64,000 nucleotides of DNA from Agathobacter sp. (GCA_045530745.1 JAZSCQ010000048.1:49503-113502); one strand, 5' to 3'; positions 8,120-18,011 are shown, counted from the stretch's first letter. The notes: generated by a model not told the origin, from the letters alone. Made by a program: numbers and translations.

Positions 8120-10646
8120 CTGTGCTACCTCCTTTCAAACTTTTTTTCTTTCTAATTTCTTCCTGCTCCATTATTTCTTCTGCGTATGCCTTCCTTGCCT
8201 TTTCCATTGCTAATGGGTCTGACTCTTTCATTTCAACAGAAAGATTATTGGAAATAACCGCAGCATGTACACGACCATGAACGATAGCATCTACATCACC
8301 CTCGATGATACCTTCTACCCAGCCATGCATATGTCCTTTGACACGCATCAAACCATAATCTTCATATTCGGATACATCAATACCTGCACCCTTCATACTA
8401 AAGCTCGTGCGTTCAATAATCTTTTCTCCTATTACAAGGATACATGGTAATACGAATAATACCAGTATCATAGAAATTACAGTACCACGGCCAATACACT
8501 CGCCCATAACGGCGTTGGTAGGTTCGGTACTAATACCTCCTAATAAGAAGCCCATAACAGCCATAATTGTTCCCGATGTAAATACCGTTGGGAACGCTTT
8601 ATTTACTGCTACTACAATTGCTTCCTCTGCTGGAAGATGTTCTTTTTGTTCATTAAAATGACTAGAAATTACAATCGCATAGTCAATATTACACCCCATC
8701 TGGAGTGAACTTACAATCAAATAGCCCAAGAAATACAATGGTGTAGATGTTAGTGTTGGGAATGAGAAGTTCATCCAAATCGCACCTTGAATAACAATTA
8801 CAAGAAGCACCGGTAAACCAACAGATTTGAAAGTAAACAACAATACAATAATAACAAACACAATAGAAAGCACCGAGATAATGGTATTATCTGTTGAGAA
8901 TGTACTTCCCAAATCTCTACAACTTGTAGAGTTTCCAATTGCATATACTGGTTTCTCATAATGCTTATCTGCAATTTCATGTATCTTTTCCAAGAAGGCA
9001 TAGGTCTCATCGCCTTCATCTGGTAAGTCCGCATATACTACCAAACGGCTATATTCTTCTGTTTGGAGCTGCTCCTTTGCCATATCAAGCATGTCTAGCA
9101 TCTCAACCATTTCACCCATTTCACCGTCTAAAGACAATCCACTTGTTTCGATGGTATCCTTCAAAAAGCAGAACAAATCAAATACCGGAACACGATAACT
9201 CGACATATCGATAATTTTTCCGTACTGTTCATCATCCATAGCATACATCATATAAAGCATTTCTACGATGTCATAATCAATTCCTAATACTTCCGATAAT
9301 TCTCTTGCATTCAAAGAATCTGTAAGCACCACACCATCCATAAGCTCCGTATTCGCAAGACCCATGGTAGATTTTACGTCCTCGCATGCTTCTAATTCTG
9401 CTAGAATCTGTGCTTCAGCCTCATAATCACCGGTTGGCACAAGAATTGCTATCATGTTTGTGCTACCGAATACGTCATTGATTTCAAAAAACGCCTCCTG
9501 ACGTTCATTCATATTGTCACGACGTAATGTCGTAGAATATGTAAATGGACATGCTGCTGATAAAATATACGCTCCTACAAGTATTAACAAGAAGATAGGA
9601 GTAATGACCCATCTCGCCTTTGCACAAAATTTTCCGATAAAAGATACTTCTGGTAATAATTTCTTGTGCTTTGTCTTGTCAATCCATTTTGAGAATAACA
9701 TCAAGAGTCCTGGCATAAGGGTAAATACAGAAATCAAAATCAGTAATACCCCCTTAATCAGTACGATAGACAAATCTTTACCAATACCAAAATCCATAAA
9801 AGAAAGCGCAAACAAACCACCGATTGTCGTAAGGGAAGATGCAGAAATTTCTGGAATCGCCTTAGACAATGCCTGAATACATGCTTCTCGCGCCGGTAAG
9901 GATTCGCGTTCTGCACTAAAACGATGTGCCAAAATAATCGCATAGTCAATCCCCATCGCAAGCTGTAATAACATCCCCACCGAGTCGGAAATGAAACTAA
10001 TCTCTCCAAGCATGAAGTTCGTTCCCATACCTAGGAGAATTGCCACACCAAAAGTCATTCCCAAAACTGGAAGCTCTGCATAAGCAGTCGAAGTAAGTGT
10101 CAATACCAGGATGATAACCATAACGCCCCATACCATAATTTCTGACATCTGAACTGCCAAATCTGCCACCTGATCATATCCAACTGTGGTATCTACTACA
10201 TAGTCATAACCCGTTAGAATCTCCTTGATAGAAGCCACTGCATTTATCGTCTCTTCTTCTAAATCTTTTCCATCGAAAGTAACTGACAATAGCGCATACG
10301 CATCCTTGTAAGACTCTGGCTTGTTGCTAAAATCTACCATCGTAACACCTTCAACCTCTACGATTTGATCATACAATGCCTTTGCTTCTTCATAGGTTAC
10401 GTTCGAAATCATAACACGTGCTGATGAAAACATCGCAAAATGTTCATTCATTGTCGTAAGCCCCTGTCTCGTCTCACTTTCCTCATTTAGGTAAACTGTA
10501 ACATCCGTCTCTACCTTTTTCCAATTCATAGAAAACAAACTGAAAATAACAGCAGCTATATAGATAAAGAAAAACAGATTTCGCTTATCTACAATGAATT
10601 GGGCTATTTTTTCCATGAAGTTCTCTTTTCCCTGTTTCTGTTCCAT
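8109..10646 (-). CDS. MMPL/RND-family transporter
   Basis: Two repeats of large loop + TM bundle with LAMGIDYAI and MGCNIDYAI motifs. Overlaps the start of the GLUG gene. Confidence 0.88.
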   Translation of the reverse strand: MEQKQGKENFMEKIAQFIVDKRNLFFFIYIAAVIFSLFSMNWKKVETDVTVYLNEESETRQGLTTMNEHFAMFSSARVMISNVTYEEAKALYDQIVEVEGVTMVDFSNKPESYKDAYALLSVTFDGKDLEEETINAVASIKEILTGYDYVVDTTVGYDQVADLAVQMSEIMVWGVMVIILVLTLTSTAYAELPVLGMTFGVAILLGMGTNFMLGEISFISDSVGMLLQLAMGIDYAIILAHRFSAERESLPAREACIQALSKAIPEISASSLTTIGGLFALSFMDFGIGKDLSIVLIKGVLLILISVFTLMPGLLMLFSKWIDKTKHKKLLPEVSFIGKFCAKARWVITPIFLLILVGAYILSAACPFTYSTTLRRDNMNERQEAFFEINDVFGSTNMIAILVPTGDYEAEAQILAELEACEDVKSTMGLANTELMDGVVLTDSLNARELSEVLGIDYDIVEMLYMMYAMDDEQYGKIIDMSSYRVPVFDLFCFLKDTIETSGLSLDGEMGEMVEMLDMLDMAKEQLQTEEYSRLVVYADLPDEGDETYAFLEKIHEIADKHYEKPVYAIGNSTSCRDLGSTFSTDNTIISVLSIVFVIIVLLFTFKSVGLPVLLVIVIQGAIWMNFSFPTLTSTPLYFLGYLIVSSLQMGCNIDYAIVISSHFNEQKEHLPAEEAIVVAVNKAFPTVFTSGTIMAVMGFLLGGISTEPTNAVMGECIGRGTVISMILVLFVLPCILVIGEKIIERTSFSMKGAGIDVSEYEDYGLMRVKGHMHGWVEGIIEGDVDAIVHGRVHAAVISNNLSVEMKESDPLAMEKARKAYAEEIMEQEEIRKKKSLKGGSTDEA

Positions 10647-10677
10647 GTTCTTCCCCCTATTTCAATTTTCTAACAGT

Positions 10678-10770
10678 TTCAACATTTTCACAAAATAATA
10701 CAAGTGTTGAATTTTAATCTAGAATAAATTATAATAAACAAACGAATTGCACACAATATGCAAATCGTTT
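10678..10770. promoter_or_regulatory. Candidate TetR operators in divergent intergenic region
   Basis: TTCAACA-N20-TGTTGAA (10678-10711) and AAACGAATTGCA-N7-TGCAAATCGTTT (10740-10770, 1 mismatch). Confidence 0.4.
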
Positions 10771-10841
10771 TCATTTGCTCAAAAACAGACAAAACAAGTC
10801 TATTTGTTTGATTTTAAACTCATTTTGAAAGGGGAATTTCC

Positions 10842-11408
10842 ATGGCAAAAGCTGAATATCGAAGCTCGCTTCGCTCAAAAAAAATGATTACGGATGCTCT
10901 CGTAGAATTGCTGGATGAAAAAACTTTGGATAAAATTACTGTAACGGATATTGTAAAACGTGCTAATATTAACCGTGGCACATTCTATGCACATTATGAA
11001 AGTGTAACCGATGTCGTTACCAGTATTTTTGAAAATGCATATGAAATCATCAAGGGCTCCATCCATGTTTTCCATGATAATACAGATTTTGATATGGGAA
11101 TTATGTTAAAAGAACTTCAGTCCGTTATGGAAAAAGATTTTGATTTCTATAAAAAGATATTTTCTTCCGACATCAACATGAAAATATATGAAGAGATTTC
11201 AAATGTACTTATCTCATATGTATATGACCATGAAACAGAAATCTCCAAGGTATCGCACGAAGACTTCGTGTTCTACACCAGCTTCTATTCTGGTGGGATT
11301 ATCAAACTATACCGAGATTGGTTCATTGGAGAGCTACCTATCCCATTTGATGAACTAACCAAACGTGCCACCATTCTATTAAATGATTTACACGACTGCG
11401 TTTCCTAA
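10842..11408 (+). CDS. TetR/AcrR family regulator
   Basis: KITVTDIVKRANINRGTFYAHY HTH. Divergent from the MMPL operon. Confidence 0.92.
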   Translation: MAKAEYRSSLRSKKMITDALVELLDEKTLDKITVTDIVKRANINRGTFYAHYESVTDVVTSIFENAYEIIKGSIHVFHDNTDFDMGIMLKELQSVMEKDFDFYKKIFSSDINMKIYEEISNVLISYVYDHETEISKVSHEDFVFYTSFYSGGIIKLYRDWFIGELPIPFDELTKRATILLNDLHDCVS

Positions 11409-11415
11409 TAAATAA

Positions 11416-11440
11416 GCCCCCTCAATGAGGGGGCCTGTTT
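11416..11440. terminator. Bidirectional terminator
   Basis: GCCCCCTCA-A-TGAGGGGGC hairpin between convergent genes. Confidence 0.7.
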
Positions 11441-11443
11441 CAT

Positions 11444-12229
11444 TTATTTATAATTGTCCTTCAACCATGCAACTGACTGTTTTAACGCATCAATCGTCTT
11501 GGTCTCTAGTACACATGTACAGTCATGCTTCTTTGCCAATCCAAGTCTCTGATGCAGATCAATTTCACCTGTACCAAGTGTCTGGTGGTTCTTCGTTCCA
11601 TATCCATCATGAATATGGAAATGGTTCAAATGCTTCTCGTTTTCCATGATAAATGGTTCATCGATATTATCTAATGCGTGAGAATGTCCGATATCCCAGG
11701 TTAGCCCAAAAACTGGACTCTCCAAAAGATATTCGATTGCTTGTTTATGGAATGGTAAATATCCATCTGTATTCTCTATATTGATGCGAACATTGGAGTC
11801 TCCGATATATTTTTCTGCCATATCACGAAGCTTTCTAATCGCTCCCATATAGCTATCAATGTATTCCTGATACATACATACCTTCTTGTCAGGAAGTGTT
11901 ACATAAATACCATTTAACATATGCATATTCAACGATGGAATTCCCAGTTTCTTTGCAACCTCTATCGTACGTTGCAAGGTCTCCATATAGGCATCCGCCA
12001 CCAGTGGGTTGAAATTGCAAACATCCATTGTTTCATCTAAATGAATGGTATAGTAAATGCCATATTTGTCTGCAACCTCTTGCAAACGATTTGTATCCTC
12101 CATCTGTTCTATCTGGTACTGCGGAAAAGTCATATTAAGCTCCATGAACTTAAGTCCCAGTTCCTTACAGAGCTTTGCACTTTCCTCTAAATCATAGATT
12201 TCGATTAATGTAGGCATTCCAAATTCCAT
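11444..12229 (-). CDS. Sugar phosphate isomerase/epimerase (AP endonuclease 2 TIM barrel)
   Basis: NIEN, WDIGH, HFHIHD, HQTLGTGEID, LE metal-binding motifs. Confidence 0.85.
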   Translation of the reverse strand: MEFGMPTLIEIYDLEESAKLCKELGLKFMELNMTFPQYQIEQMEDTNRLQEVADKYGIYYTIHLDETMDVCNFNPLVADAYMETLQRTIEVAKKLGIPSLNMHMLNGIYVTLPDKKVCMYQEYIDSYMGAIRKLRDMAEKYIGDSNVRINIENTDGYLPFHKQAIEYLLESPVFGLTWDIGHSHALDNIDEPFIMENEKHLNHFHIHDGYGTKNHQTLGTGEIDLHQRLGLAKKHDCTCVLETKTIDALKQSVAWLKDNYK

Positions 12230-12309
12230 AATATATACCTCTCAGAATAATTATTGTTCTATTCTACACCTATTCATGGAACTTGAAAAATAGCATTTAT
12301 TTATACTTA

Positions 12310-13071
12310 TTATTCCTGTGATTGAATAGCCTTCGCTACAGCCTCAGCTATTGCTTTGGCTCCATCATTGTTTGGATGAATACCATCTGCTTCGAACCAC
12401 TCTGCATGTGCCTCTGTTAAGCTATAGATATCAATAACTCCCTCTACGAATTCACTATTCTGTGCATACTCTTTTACAGCAGCTACGATTTCATCCACCT
12501 TAGCTGGCTGAATATCATAGCTTGCAATTCCTGTACTCTTGTCTGCATCCTCCGTAAAGAATGCTTTTGGAGAAAGTGCTACATATATCTTAGGCACATT
12601 TTCTCCCTCTGCAAAACTGGTCAAAAGAGTAAGATAATCCTCTACAAAACGTTCAACATCTGTCCAGTTCTCTGGTTTTGCATCATTCGCCCCCATCATA
12701 AACACAACAACATCTGCATCATATGCAAGCGCTTCCTTGTAAATATCACGATTTACATAAGGCTGGTCTCCATTAGGATTTACACAGGCTCCAGAAGAAC
12801 CAAAATTTGCTACATGATAACTATCCCCTAAAAGATTCTGTAGCAATACAGGATAACTATTTTTTGTCCAGTCACTAATACCATGTCCATAGGTAACGCT
12901 ATCTCCTATACAGGCAACCTTTATCTGTCCATCCTTTGCTTGCGTGTTGATATATTTTCCTGATAATCCATTGTTATACATATAATTAGAACCACCGGCA
13001 ATCATAAGCCCAAGCATTACAAAAGAAATTATTGTAACCTTTATCAGTTTTTTTCTCGAATCGTTATTCAT
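12310..13071 (-). CDS. Membrane-anchored/secreted SGNH/GDSL hydrolase (esterase)
   Basis: N-terminal TM, GDSVTYG, NFGSSG, GANDA, DGIHPN. Confidence 0.9.
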   Translation of the reverse strand: MNNDSRKKLIKVTIISFVMLGLMIAGGSNYMYNNGLSGKYINTQAKDGQIKVACIGDSVTYGHGISDWTKNSYPVLLQNLLGDSYHVANFGSSGACVNPNGDQPYVNRDIYKEALAYDADVVVFMMGANDAKPENWTDVERFVEDYLTLLTSFAEGENVPKIYVALSPKAFFTEDADKSTGIASYDIQPAKVDEIVAAVKEYAQNSEFVEGVIDIYSLTEAHAEWFEADGIHPNNDGAKAIAEAVAKAIQSQE

Positions 13072-13693
13072 CTAACTGTTCTCCTTGTTCTGCATTTATT
13101 ACTATTTCATTCTCTTTGCTATCAAAAAGTATTTTGGCAGTTCGCTGTATCATATTTGCTAACTGCTCCGTGATATCATCCAAAGAACAATCAATGATAC
13201 CATATAGCCACTGCGTATATACATCAACAACTCCGCCCATAAAAAAACGCACAGAAAACTCAAATTCAAATTTATTGTTGAAACCATCTGGAACCTCTAA
13301 TGTCTCAATTGCTCGGTCAACCAAAATATATTTCAACTGTTCGAACTGCTTCGTTGCCATCGCAGAAGTCATAAGCAATCTATATAACTCATTGTTCTCT
13401 CCCACCAAATTGACAATATGATGTAAATACGGCTTGGGATTCTCATAAAAATCTTTAAAATCAATACTATCCATAAAGCTTTGCGTATAATACAGAATCT
13501 CTGCCTGTATTTCTTCTACTACTCCCATCACATCTGGATAATGTGCATAAAAAGTAGAGCGATTTACTTCTGCCTTCTTTACAATATCCGTTACCGTTAT
13601 CTTTTCAAAGTTTTTTTCTTTTAAAAGTTCAAAAAAAGCCTGTCGAATCAATTTTCTAGATCGAATCGCACTACGATATTCCTTTTTCTCCAT
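13064..13693 (-). CDS. TetR/AcrR family regulator
   Basis: KITVTDIVKKAEVNRSTFYAHY. Start likely ATG 13693 (alternative 13708). Overlaps the GDSL gene start. Confidence 0.9.
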   Translation of the reverse strand: MEKKEYRSAIRSRKLIRQAFFELLKEKNFEKITVTDIVKKAEVNRSTFYAHYPDVMGVVEEIQAEILYYTQSFMDSIDFKDFYENPKPYLHHIVNLVGENNELYRLLMTSAMATKQFEQLKYILVDRAIETLEVPDGFNNKFEFEFSVRFFMGGVVDVYTQWLYGIIDCSLDDITEQLANMIQRTAKILFDSKENEIVINAEQGEQLDE

Positions 13694-13883
13694 TTTATTG
13701 TTCCTCATCTCATTTTCGCTAATGTATATGATATCAAACGCATATAGAATTTACAACACTATTCCATATATTTTTAAACAAAATGTCGGATTTCCAATAT
13801 TTTTTCGGAAATTGTTGATTGTATAATCTATTTTCACCTTATATCATATGCATGTAAGGTAACTAAACTCCGACCTTAGCAAT

Positions 13884-13924
13884 AAAATGCCCCTGGACGT
13901 TCCCTCATTTCGTCCAGGGGTTTT
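13884..13924 (-). terminator. Intrinsic terminator
   Basis: CCCCTGGACG-N11-CGTCCAGGGG with flanking A/T runs. Confidence 0.65.
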
Positions 13925-13938
13925 CCCTTTATATCGTG

Positions 13939-14505
13939 TTAATTATCTTCGCCAACTAAGGTTACTGTTACGTATTCATGGTTTACAGCTTCTAGAAATT
14001 TTCCAAATACATCCCCCACCTTCAATCTAAGACTGGATGTATTGATGCAAGGATGACAGCCGAAATACTCTGCAGCAAGTACATCCTCATCTACAAGAAG
14101 TGTTACTTCATTATCCTTGTCGTTCATAAGTCCCATAACACTGGCAGAACCTGGTGTAATATCCAAAAACTTCTCCATATACTCTGGTGGAGCAAAAGAA
14201 AGTCTTGCAGAGTTTATCTGTTTTGATATCTCCTTGGTCTTAAACTTCTTATCATTCTTAATCATAAGCAGATAAAACTTAGTTTTCTGCGTATTGCAAA
14301 GAAAAAGATTCTTACAAATTACAGCTGGAGCTAACACCTCATCCACTGCCGCACATGCTTCCATTGTATTTGCTTCCTCGTGATCTACCCTCTCGTATTG
14401 GATACCCAAAGAATCTAACAAATCATAGGTCCGTATTTCTTTTTCTAATCTTCCTGACGCGTCCTGTGGACGGCCTCTTTCTAATTTCAAACTCATTTCA
14501 TTCAT
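13939..14505 (-). CDS. Prolyl-tRNA editing protein, ProX/PrdX (YbaK superfamily)
   Basis: CKNLFL, RLSFA, PGSASVMGLMND, CHPCINTSSL. Confidence 0.88.
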   Translation of the reverse strand: MNEMSLKLERGRPQDASGRLEKEIRTYDLLDSLGIQYERVDHEEANTMEACAAVDEVLAPAVICKNLFLCNTQKTKFYLLMIKNDKKFKTKEISKQINSARLSFAPPEYMEKFLDITPGSASVMGLMNDKDNEVTLLVDEDVLAAEYFGCHPCINTSSLRLKVGDVFGKFLEAVNHEYVTVTLVGEDN

Positions 14506-14522
14506 TTCCTATACCATTATAA

Positions 14523-15011
14523 TTATCCTTCAATAACAGCCTTCACAAGCTGCCAAGCGATACTACCTTCTCGAATATTCTCTAATGCATCTGGAAATGG
14601 AAACCACTTCGCAGTATCCACTTCCTGGGAGAATACAAAGTCTGCCTTCTTGACTTTTGCTTTAAAGCCAAGCATCAGCATCTCCTTTTTCTCATATGGA
14701 TAGGACTTGATAAAATCAAGTTCTTCTACATTGAGTCCCAATTCCTCTTTTACCTCACGAATTACTGTTTCTTCTGCTGATTCTCCAATTTTCATATGAC
14801 CTGCCACACATACATATGTCTCTGTAGTAACATAGCTCTGTTTTAATAGTGCTACTTCGTTTTCTTCATTTATAACTGCTGTGATGATACAGGTTTCAAA
14901 CATATCCCACAATGGAATACTGCAAGTCTCGCAGAAGGGTATCAATCCTTCGTCACCAATTTCTTTTTTGATCAGTTTGTCTCCACAATGTGGACAATAT
15001 GTAAATCGCAT
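14523..15011 (-). CDS. NUDIX hydrolase with N-terminal zinc ribbon (NudC/NADH pyrophosphatase-like)
   Basis: YCPHCG..FCETC, Nudix box GHMKIGESAEETVIREVKEELG, SQE and SIA motifs. RBS AGGAG before ATG 15011. Confidence 0.85.
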   Translation of the reverse strand: MRFTYCPHCGDKLIKKEIGDEGLIPFCETCSIPLWDMFETCIITAVINEENEVALLKQSYVTTETYVCVAGHMKIGESAEETVIREVKEELGLNVEELDFIKSYPYEKKEMLMLGFKAKVKKADFVFSQEVDTAKWFPFPDALENIREGSIAWQLVKAVIEG

Positions 15012-15021
15012 AGCATTACTC

Positions 15022-15141
15022 CTATTTCTTAAATTTCCCAACAATCCACTTGATAAGTAAGATTCCTACTGTAAGTGCTCCTACTTTAACCAACGACACC
15101 GCAACCGTAGTTACAGCAAGTGGAAGTGCTTCCTCTACTTT
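15022..15141 (-). pseudogene. Startless C-terminal fragment of a membrane protein
   Basis: KVEEALPLAVTTVAVSLVKVGALTVGILLIKWIVGKFKK* preceded by an in-frame TAG and no RBS/start. Confidence 0.4.
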
Positions 15142-15197
15142 CTAAATTCGTTGAATTTTATTCTTCAAAACCAGCTTTATATTTTGGTAATACAACC

Positions 15198-15596
15198 TTA
15201 ATATTTTCTTTTGAGAAACATATAGGAACCCCAGAATAATACCAGCATCAAACATACTGCACCAGATGTTGCAATGGATAACAAATTCTGTTCAAATATT
15301 CTTAAAATGATGCTGGCAACTGCCATAATCATCACAAATAAATATCCAGCCCATGCCCAAGCTTTATTGCGAATAAAACGATTTCTCTCATCGTTAGTTT
15401 CAATTTCTACCTTCTCACGATATGCTTCATTCTTATCCAAGCGATAACGACGAATCAACTGAATCACACCAATTACTAAAAGCGCAGAGCCCATCCCATT
15501 CCAGAATTCATCTACAACCCCTGCAAACGTAAGGCCAATCAATATAACACCAATTATAATATAAACAATCGATACCAAATAACTTTTTATCTTCAT
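15198..15596 (-). CDS. Small 4-TM membrane protein (DUF2178-like)
   Basis: DERNRFIRNKAWAWAG motif between TM pairs, directly behind an XRE regulator. Confidence 0.7.
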   Translation of the reverse strand: MKIKSYLVSIVYIIIGVILIGLTFAGVVDEFWNGMGSALLVIGVIQLIRRYRLDKNEAYREKVEIETNDERNRFIRNKAWAWAGYLFVMIMAVASIILRIFEQNLLSIATSGAVCLMLVLFWGSYMFLKRKY

Positions 15597-15608
15597 CTTA
15601 TCATCCTC

Positions 15609-15815
15609 CTATTTCAAATCTTCCTCTTCAAATACAAATACATCTTCTATCGTCATCTCAAAATACTTTGCAATTTTATAAGCGAGTAAAATCGACGGAT
15701 TATATCGTCCATTTTCCAAAGAACTAATCGTCTGTCTGGACACGCCCATACTCTTTGCAAATTCTTCCTGACGAATACCTCGTTCTTTTCTGATTTCTTC
15801 TATCCTATTCTTCAC
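15609..15815 (-). CDS. XRE-family HTH regulator
   Basis: MKNRIEEIRK...GVSRQTISSLENGRYNPSILLAYKIA. GTG start with GGAGG RBS. Confidence 0.92.
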   Translation of the reverse strand: MKNRIEEIRKERGIRQEEFAKSMGVSRQTISSLENGRYNPSILLAYKIAKYFEMTIEDVFVFEEEDLK

Positions 15816-15840
15816 GACAACCTCCTATGCTTTTATTTAT

Positions 15841-15910
15841 GTAAAGCTAACTTTACCTTTCGTAATTTCAATATATCATCCTTTCCTTTTTATGTCAAGC
15901 ACACTTTACA
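15841..15910 (-). promoter_or_regulatory. Sigma-A promoter with two XRE operator palindromes
   Basis: GTAAAG-N4-CTTTAC (15841-15856) and TGTCAAG-N4-CTTTACA (15893-15910). The second overlaps TTGACA-17-TATATT on the minus strand. Confidence 0.7.
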
Positions 15911-15945
15911 TTTCAATTGATTTTCTACCAATTACCCTACAAATC

Positions 15946-15979
15946 AAAAAAAGAAGTCGGGCATCTCTACACGACTTCT
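15946..15979 (-). terminator. Intrinsic terminator overlapping the yolD-like stop
   Basis: AGAAGTCG...CGACTTCT with 7 A on plus (U-tract on minus). Confidence 0.6.
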
Positions 15980-16389
15980 ATCTTAATAATCTGTTCCATT
16001 TTTATATGCATGCCACTATCCATAATCACAAGATGTTCTGTATCCTTTATCTTCTGAATACATCCTACATCCGTAAGATATGCTCCGCCTTGTTTTCTCT
16101 CGTCTGGTCGAAAATAAGTAATAGATACTTTCCATTTTTCTGAAAGATGCTGTGATATTTCATATAGTGATTCATTGATTGTTACTATTGCAGTATCGTC
16201 CAGAGTAATCTCATCCTCAGTCAGACGGGCAGTCTCTTCAATGGCGGCTTCATGTCCTGTAAGCGCAGCAAATGGAGCAAACTGTGCCGCCCTGTCATGT
16301 AATGACATGTGTGCTCTCTTGGTCGACTGATGATGTGGCAATTGCATGATGTCATCATATCTATGCTCATCTTTATAATATCCACTCAT
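15967..16389 (-). CDS. YolD-like protein (accessory partner of Y-family polymerase)
   Basis: YDDIMQLPHH...MSLHDRAAQFAPFAALTG motif. 4-bp overlap with the polymerase gene. Confidence 0.85.
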   Translation of the reverse strand: MSGYYKDEHRYDDIMQLPHHQSTKRAHMSLHDRAAQFAPFAALTGHEAAIEETARLTEDEITLDDTAIVTINESLYEISQHLSEKWKVSITYFRPDERKQGGAYLTDVGCIQKIKDTEHLVIMDSGMHIKMEQIIKIEVV

Positions 16390-17909
16390 GCCTTATGTCC
16401 TCCAATCTGACTATTTCGCTCCCGTGTGGTAGCTCCTTCTTCGAAGTTCATACCCTTTAATACTGCGTTTTTACCAAATTTCTTTTTTATATCCAGAACC
16501 GCCTGCTGCATTCGTTTTTCTTTTTCACGTTCTTTTTGTTCTAGCATCCTCTCATTTTCTAATGCAGCATAATCTGTAAATAAATCCAGCTGCTCAAAGG
16601 CTGTCTTTTCTACAACATCCTTCTCAGATATTACTCGATCTGCGACCAGATTGATACGACGAACAAGCAAATCTGGATTGATGATTCTGTCATACAACTC
16701 CTCCACCGCCTGCATAATCTCTTTCGTGGATGAGGTCGGAGCCGACATGTTCACAGTACCATGTGCGTGTTTTGGCGTAGCTCTTCCATAGCGATCTGTG
16801 GTAATTTCTCCACGATATTTACTACGAATCAGAGGATCTGTCAGATTATCAATATCATATCCTACTGTAAGCACAATCTGATCTGTTACAAGTCCTTTAT
16901 CTACCAAATCAAGCACCAGTAAATCTGTCATTTCTTTTACGATAAGCTTGGCCTTTTCTGCTGTATACGCACAATGCAAGACCTGTCCAGAACCAATGCT
17001 GTTCTTCTGTGGCTTGTAAGCTTTAATCTGCGCAATAGTAGTTGGTTCCCAGCCCCAGGCATGGTCAATAAGAAGCTCCGCGTTGATACCAAACAGCTTG
17101 TACAAAAGTTCCTCATTATAATATTCATTCGTTTTTCCTAATGAACAACGTGCAATATCTCCCATCGTGTACAAACCATTCTCAGCAAGTTTCTTGGCGT
17201 ATCCTCTTCCCACCCGCCAAAAATCAGTCAATGGAGCATGGTTCCATAAAAGTCTGCGATAAGACATCTCATCCAGCTTTGCGATACGAACCCCATCTTT
17301 GTCTGGTGGTATCTTCTTGGCTACAATATCCATCGCTACCTTGCACAGATACATATTCGTACCAATTCCAGCGGTAGCCGTCACACCCGTCTCTTTCTGC
17401 ACATCTTTTATCATCTTGAGTGCAAGCTCACGCGCTGTCAGCTTATAGGTCTTTAGATAAGTCGTAGCGTCAATAAACACCTCATCAATGGAATACACAT
17501 GCATATCTTCAGGTGCAATATACCTAAGATAAATATCATAGATTCTGGTGCTGTATTTCATGTAATATGCCATTCTCGGAACTGCTGCAATGTATGTCAC
17601 TTCAAGTTCTGGTGATTGTTCAAGCTCCACTGCATCAAAAGAAGCCCCTGTAAACATTCGACCAGGTGCATTTGTTTTTCGTTCTCTATTTACTTCTCTA
17701 ACCTTCTGTACCACCTCAAACAAACGGGCTCTTCCTGAAATCCCATATTTCTTCAAGGAAGGCGAAACCGCAAGACAAATCGTCTTTTCTGTTCTGCTGG
17801 CATCTGCTACAACCAGATTCGTCGTAAGCGGATCCAGCCCACGCTCGATACATTCCACGGAGGCATAGAAGGATTTTAAATCTATCGCAATATATGTTCT
17901 ATCTGACAT
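16386..17909 (-). CDS. Y-family (UmuC/UvrX-like) translesion DNA polymerase
   Basis: IAIDLKSFYASVE, YSIDEVF, GIGTNMYLCKVA, clamp-binding QLDLF, C-terminal IGGHKA. Confidence 0.92.
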   Translation of the reverse strand: MSDRTYIAIDLKSFYASVECIERGLDPLTTNLVVADASRTEKTICLAVSPSLKKYGISGRARLFEVVQKVREVNRERKTNAPGRMFTGASFDAVELEQSPELEVTYIAAVPRMAYYMKYSTRIYDIYLRYIAPEDMHVYSIDEVFIDATTYLKTYKLTARELALKMIKDVQKETGVTATAGIGTNMYLCKVAMDIVAKKIPPDKDGVRIAKLDEMSYRRLLWNHAPLTDFWRVGRGYAKKLAENGLYTMGDIARCSLGKTNEYYNEELLYKLFGINAELLIDHAWGWEPTTIAQIKAYKPQKNSIGSGQVLHCAYTAEKAKLIVKEMTDLLVLDLVDKGLVTDQIVLTVGYDIDNLTDPLIRSKYRGEITTDRYGRATPKHAHGTVNMSAPTSSTKEIMQAVEELYDRIINPDLLVRRINLVADRVISEKDVVEKTAFEQLDLFTDYAALENERMLEQKEREKEKRMQQAVLDIKKKFGKNAVLKGMNFEEGATTRERNSQIGGHKA

Positions 17910-17969
17910 ACCTTATCTTCCTATCATTTTGCCAGTTTTACAAAATGCTTTCGTTCCTGCTATGTAAAT

Positions 17970-17999
17970 ATTTTATCATCTCGAACATACGTTTGTCAA
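17970..17999 (-). promoter_or_regulatory. SOS promoter with LexA (Cheo) box
   Basis: CGAACATACGTTTG (17982-17995) matches Gram-positive GAAC-N4-GTTY and lies between TTGACA (17999-17994) and TGnTAAAAT (17978-17970). Confidence 0.8.
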
Positions 18000-18011
18000 T
18001 TATTTATTCTT

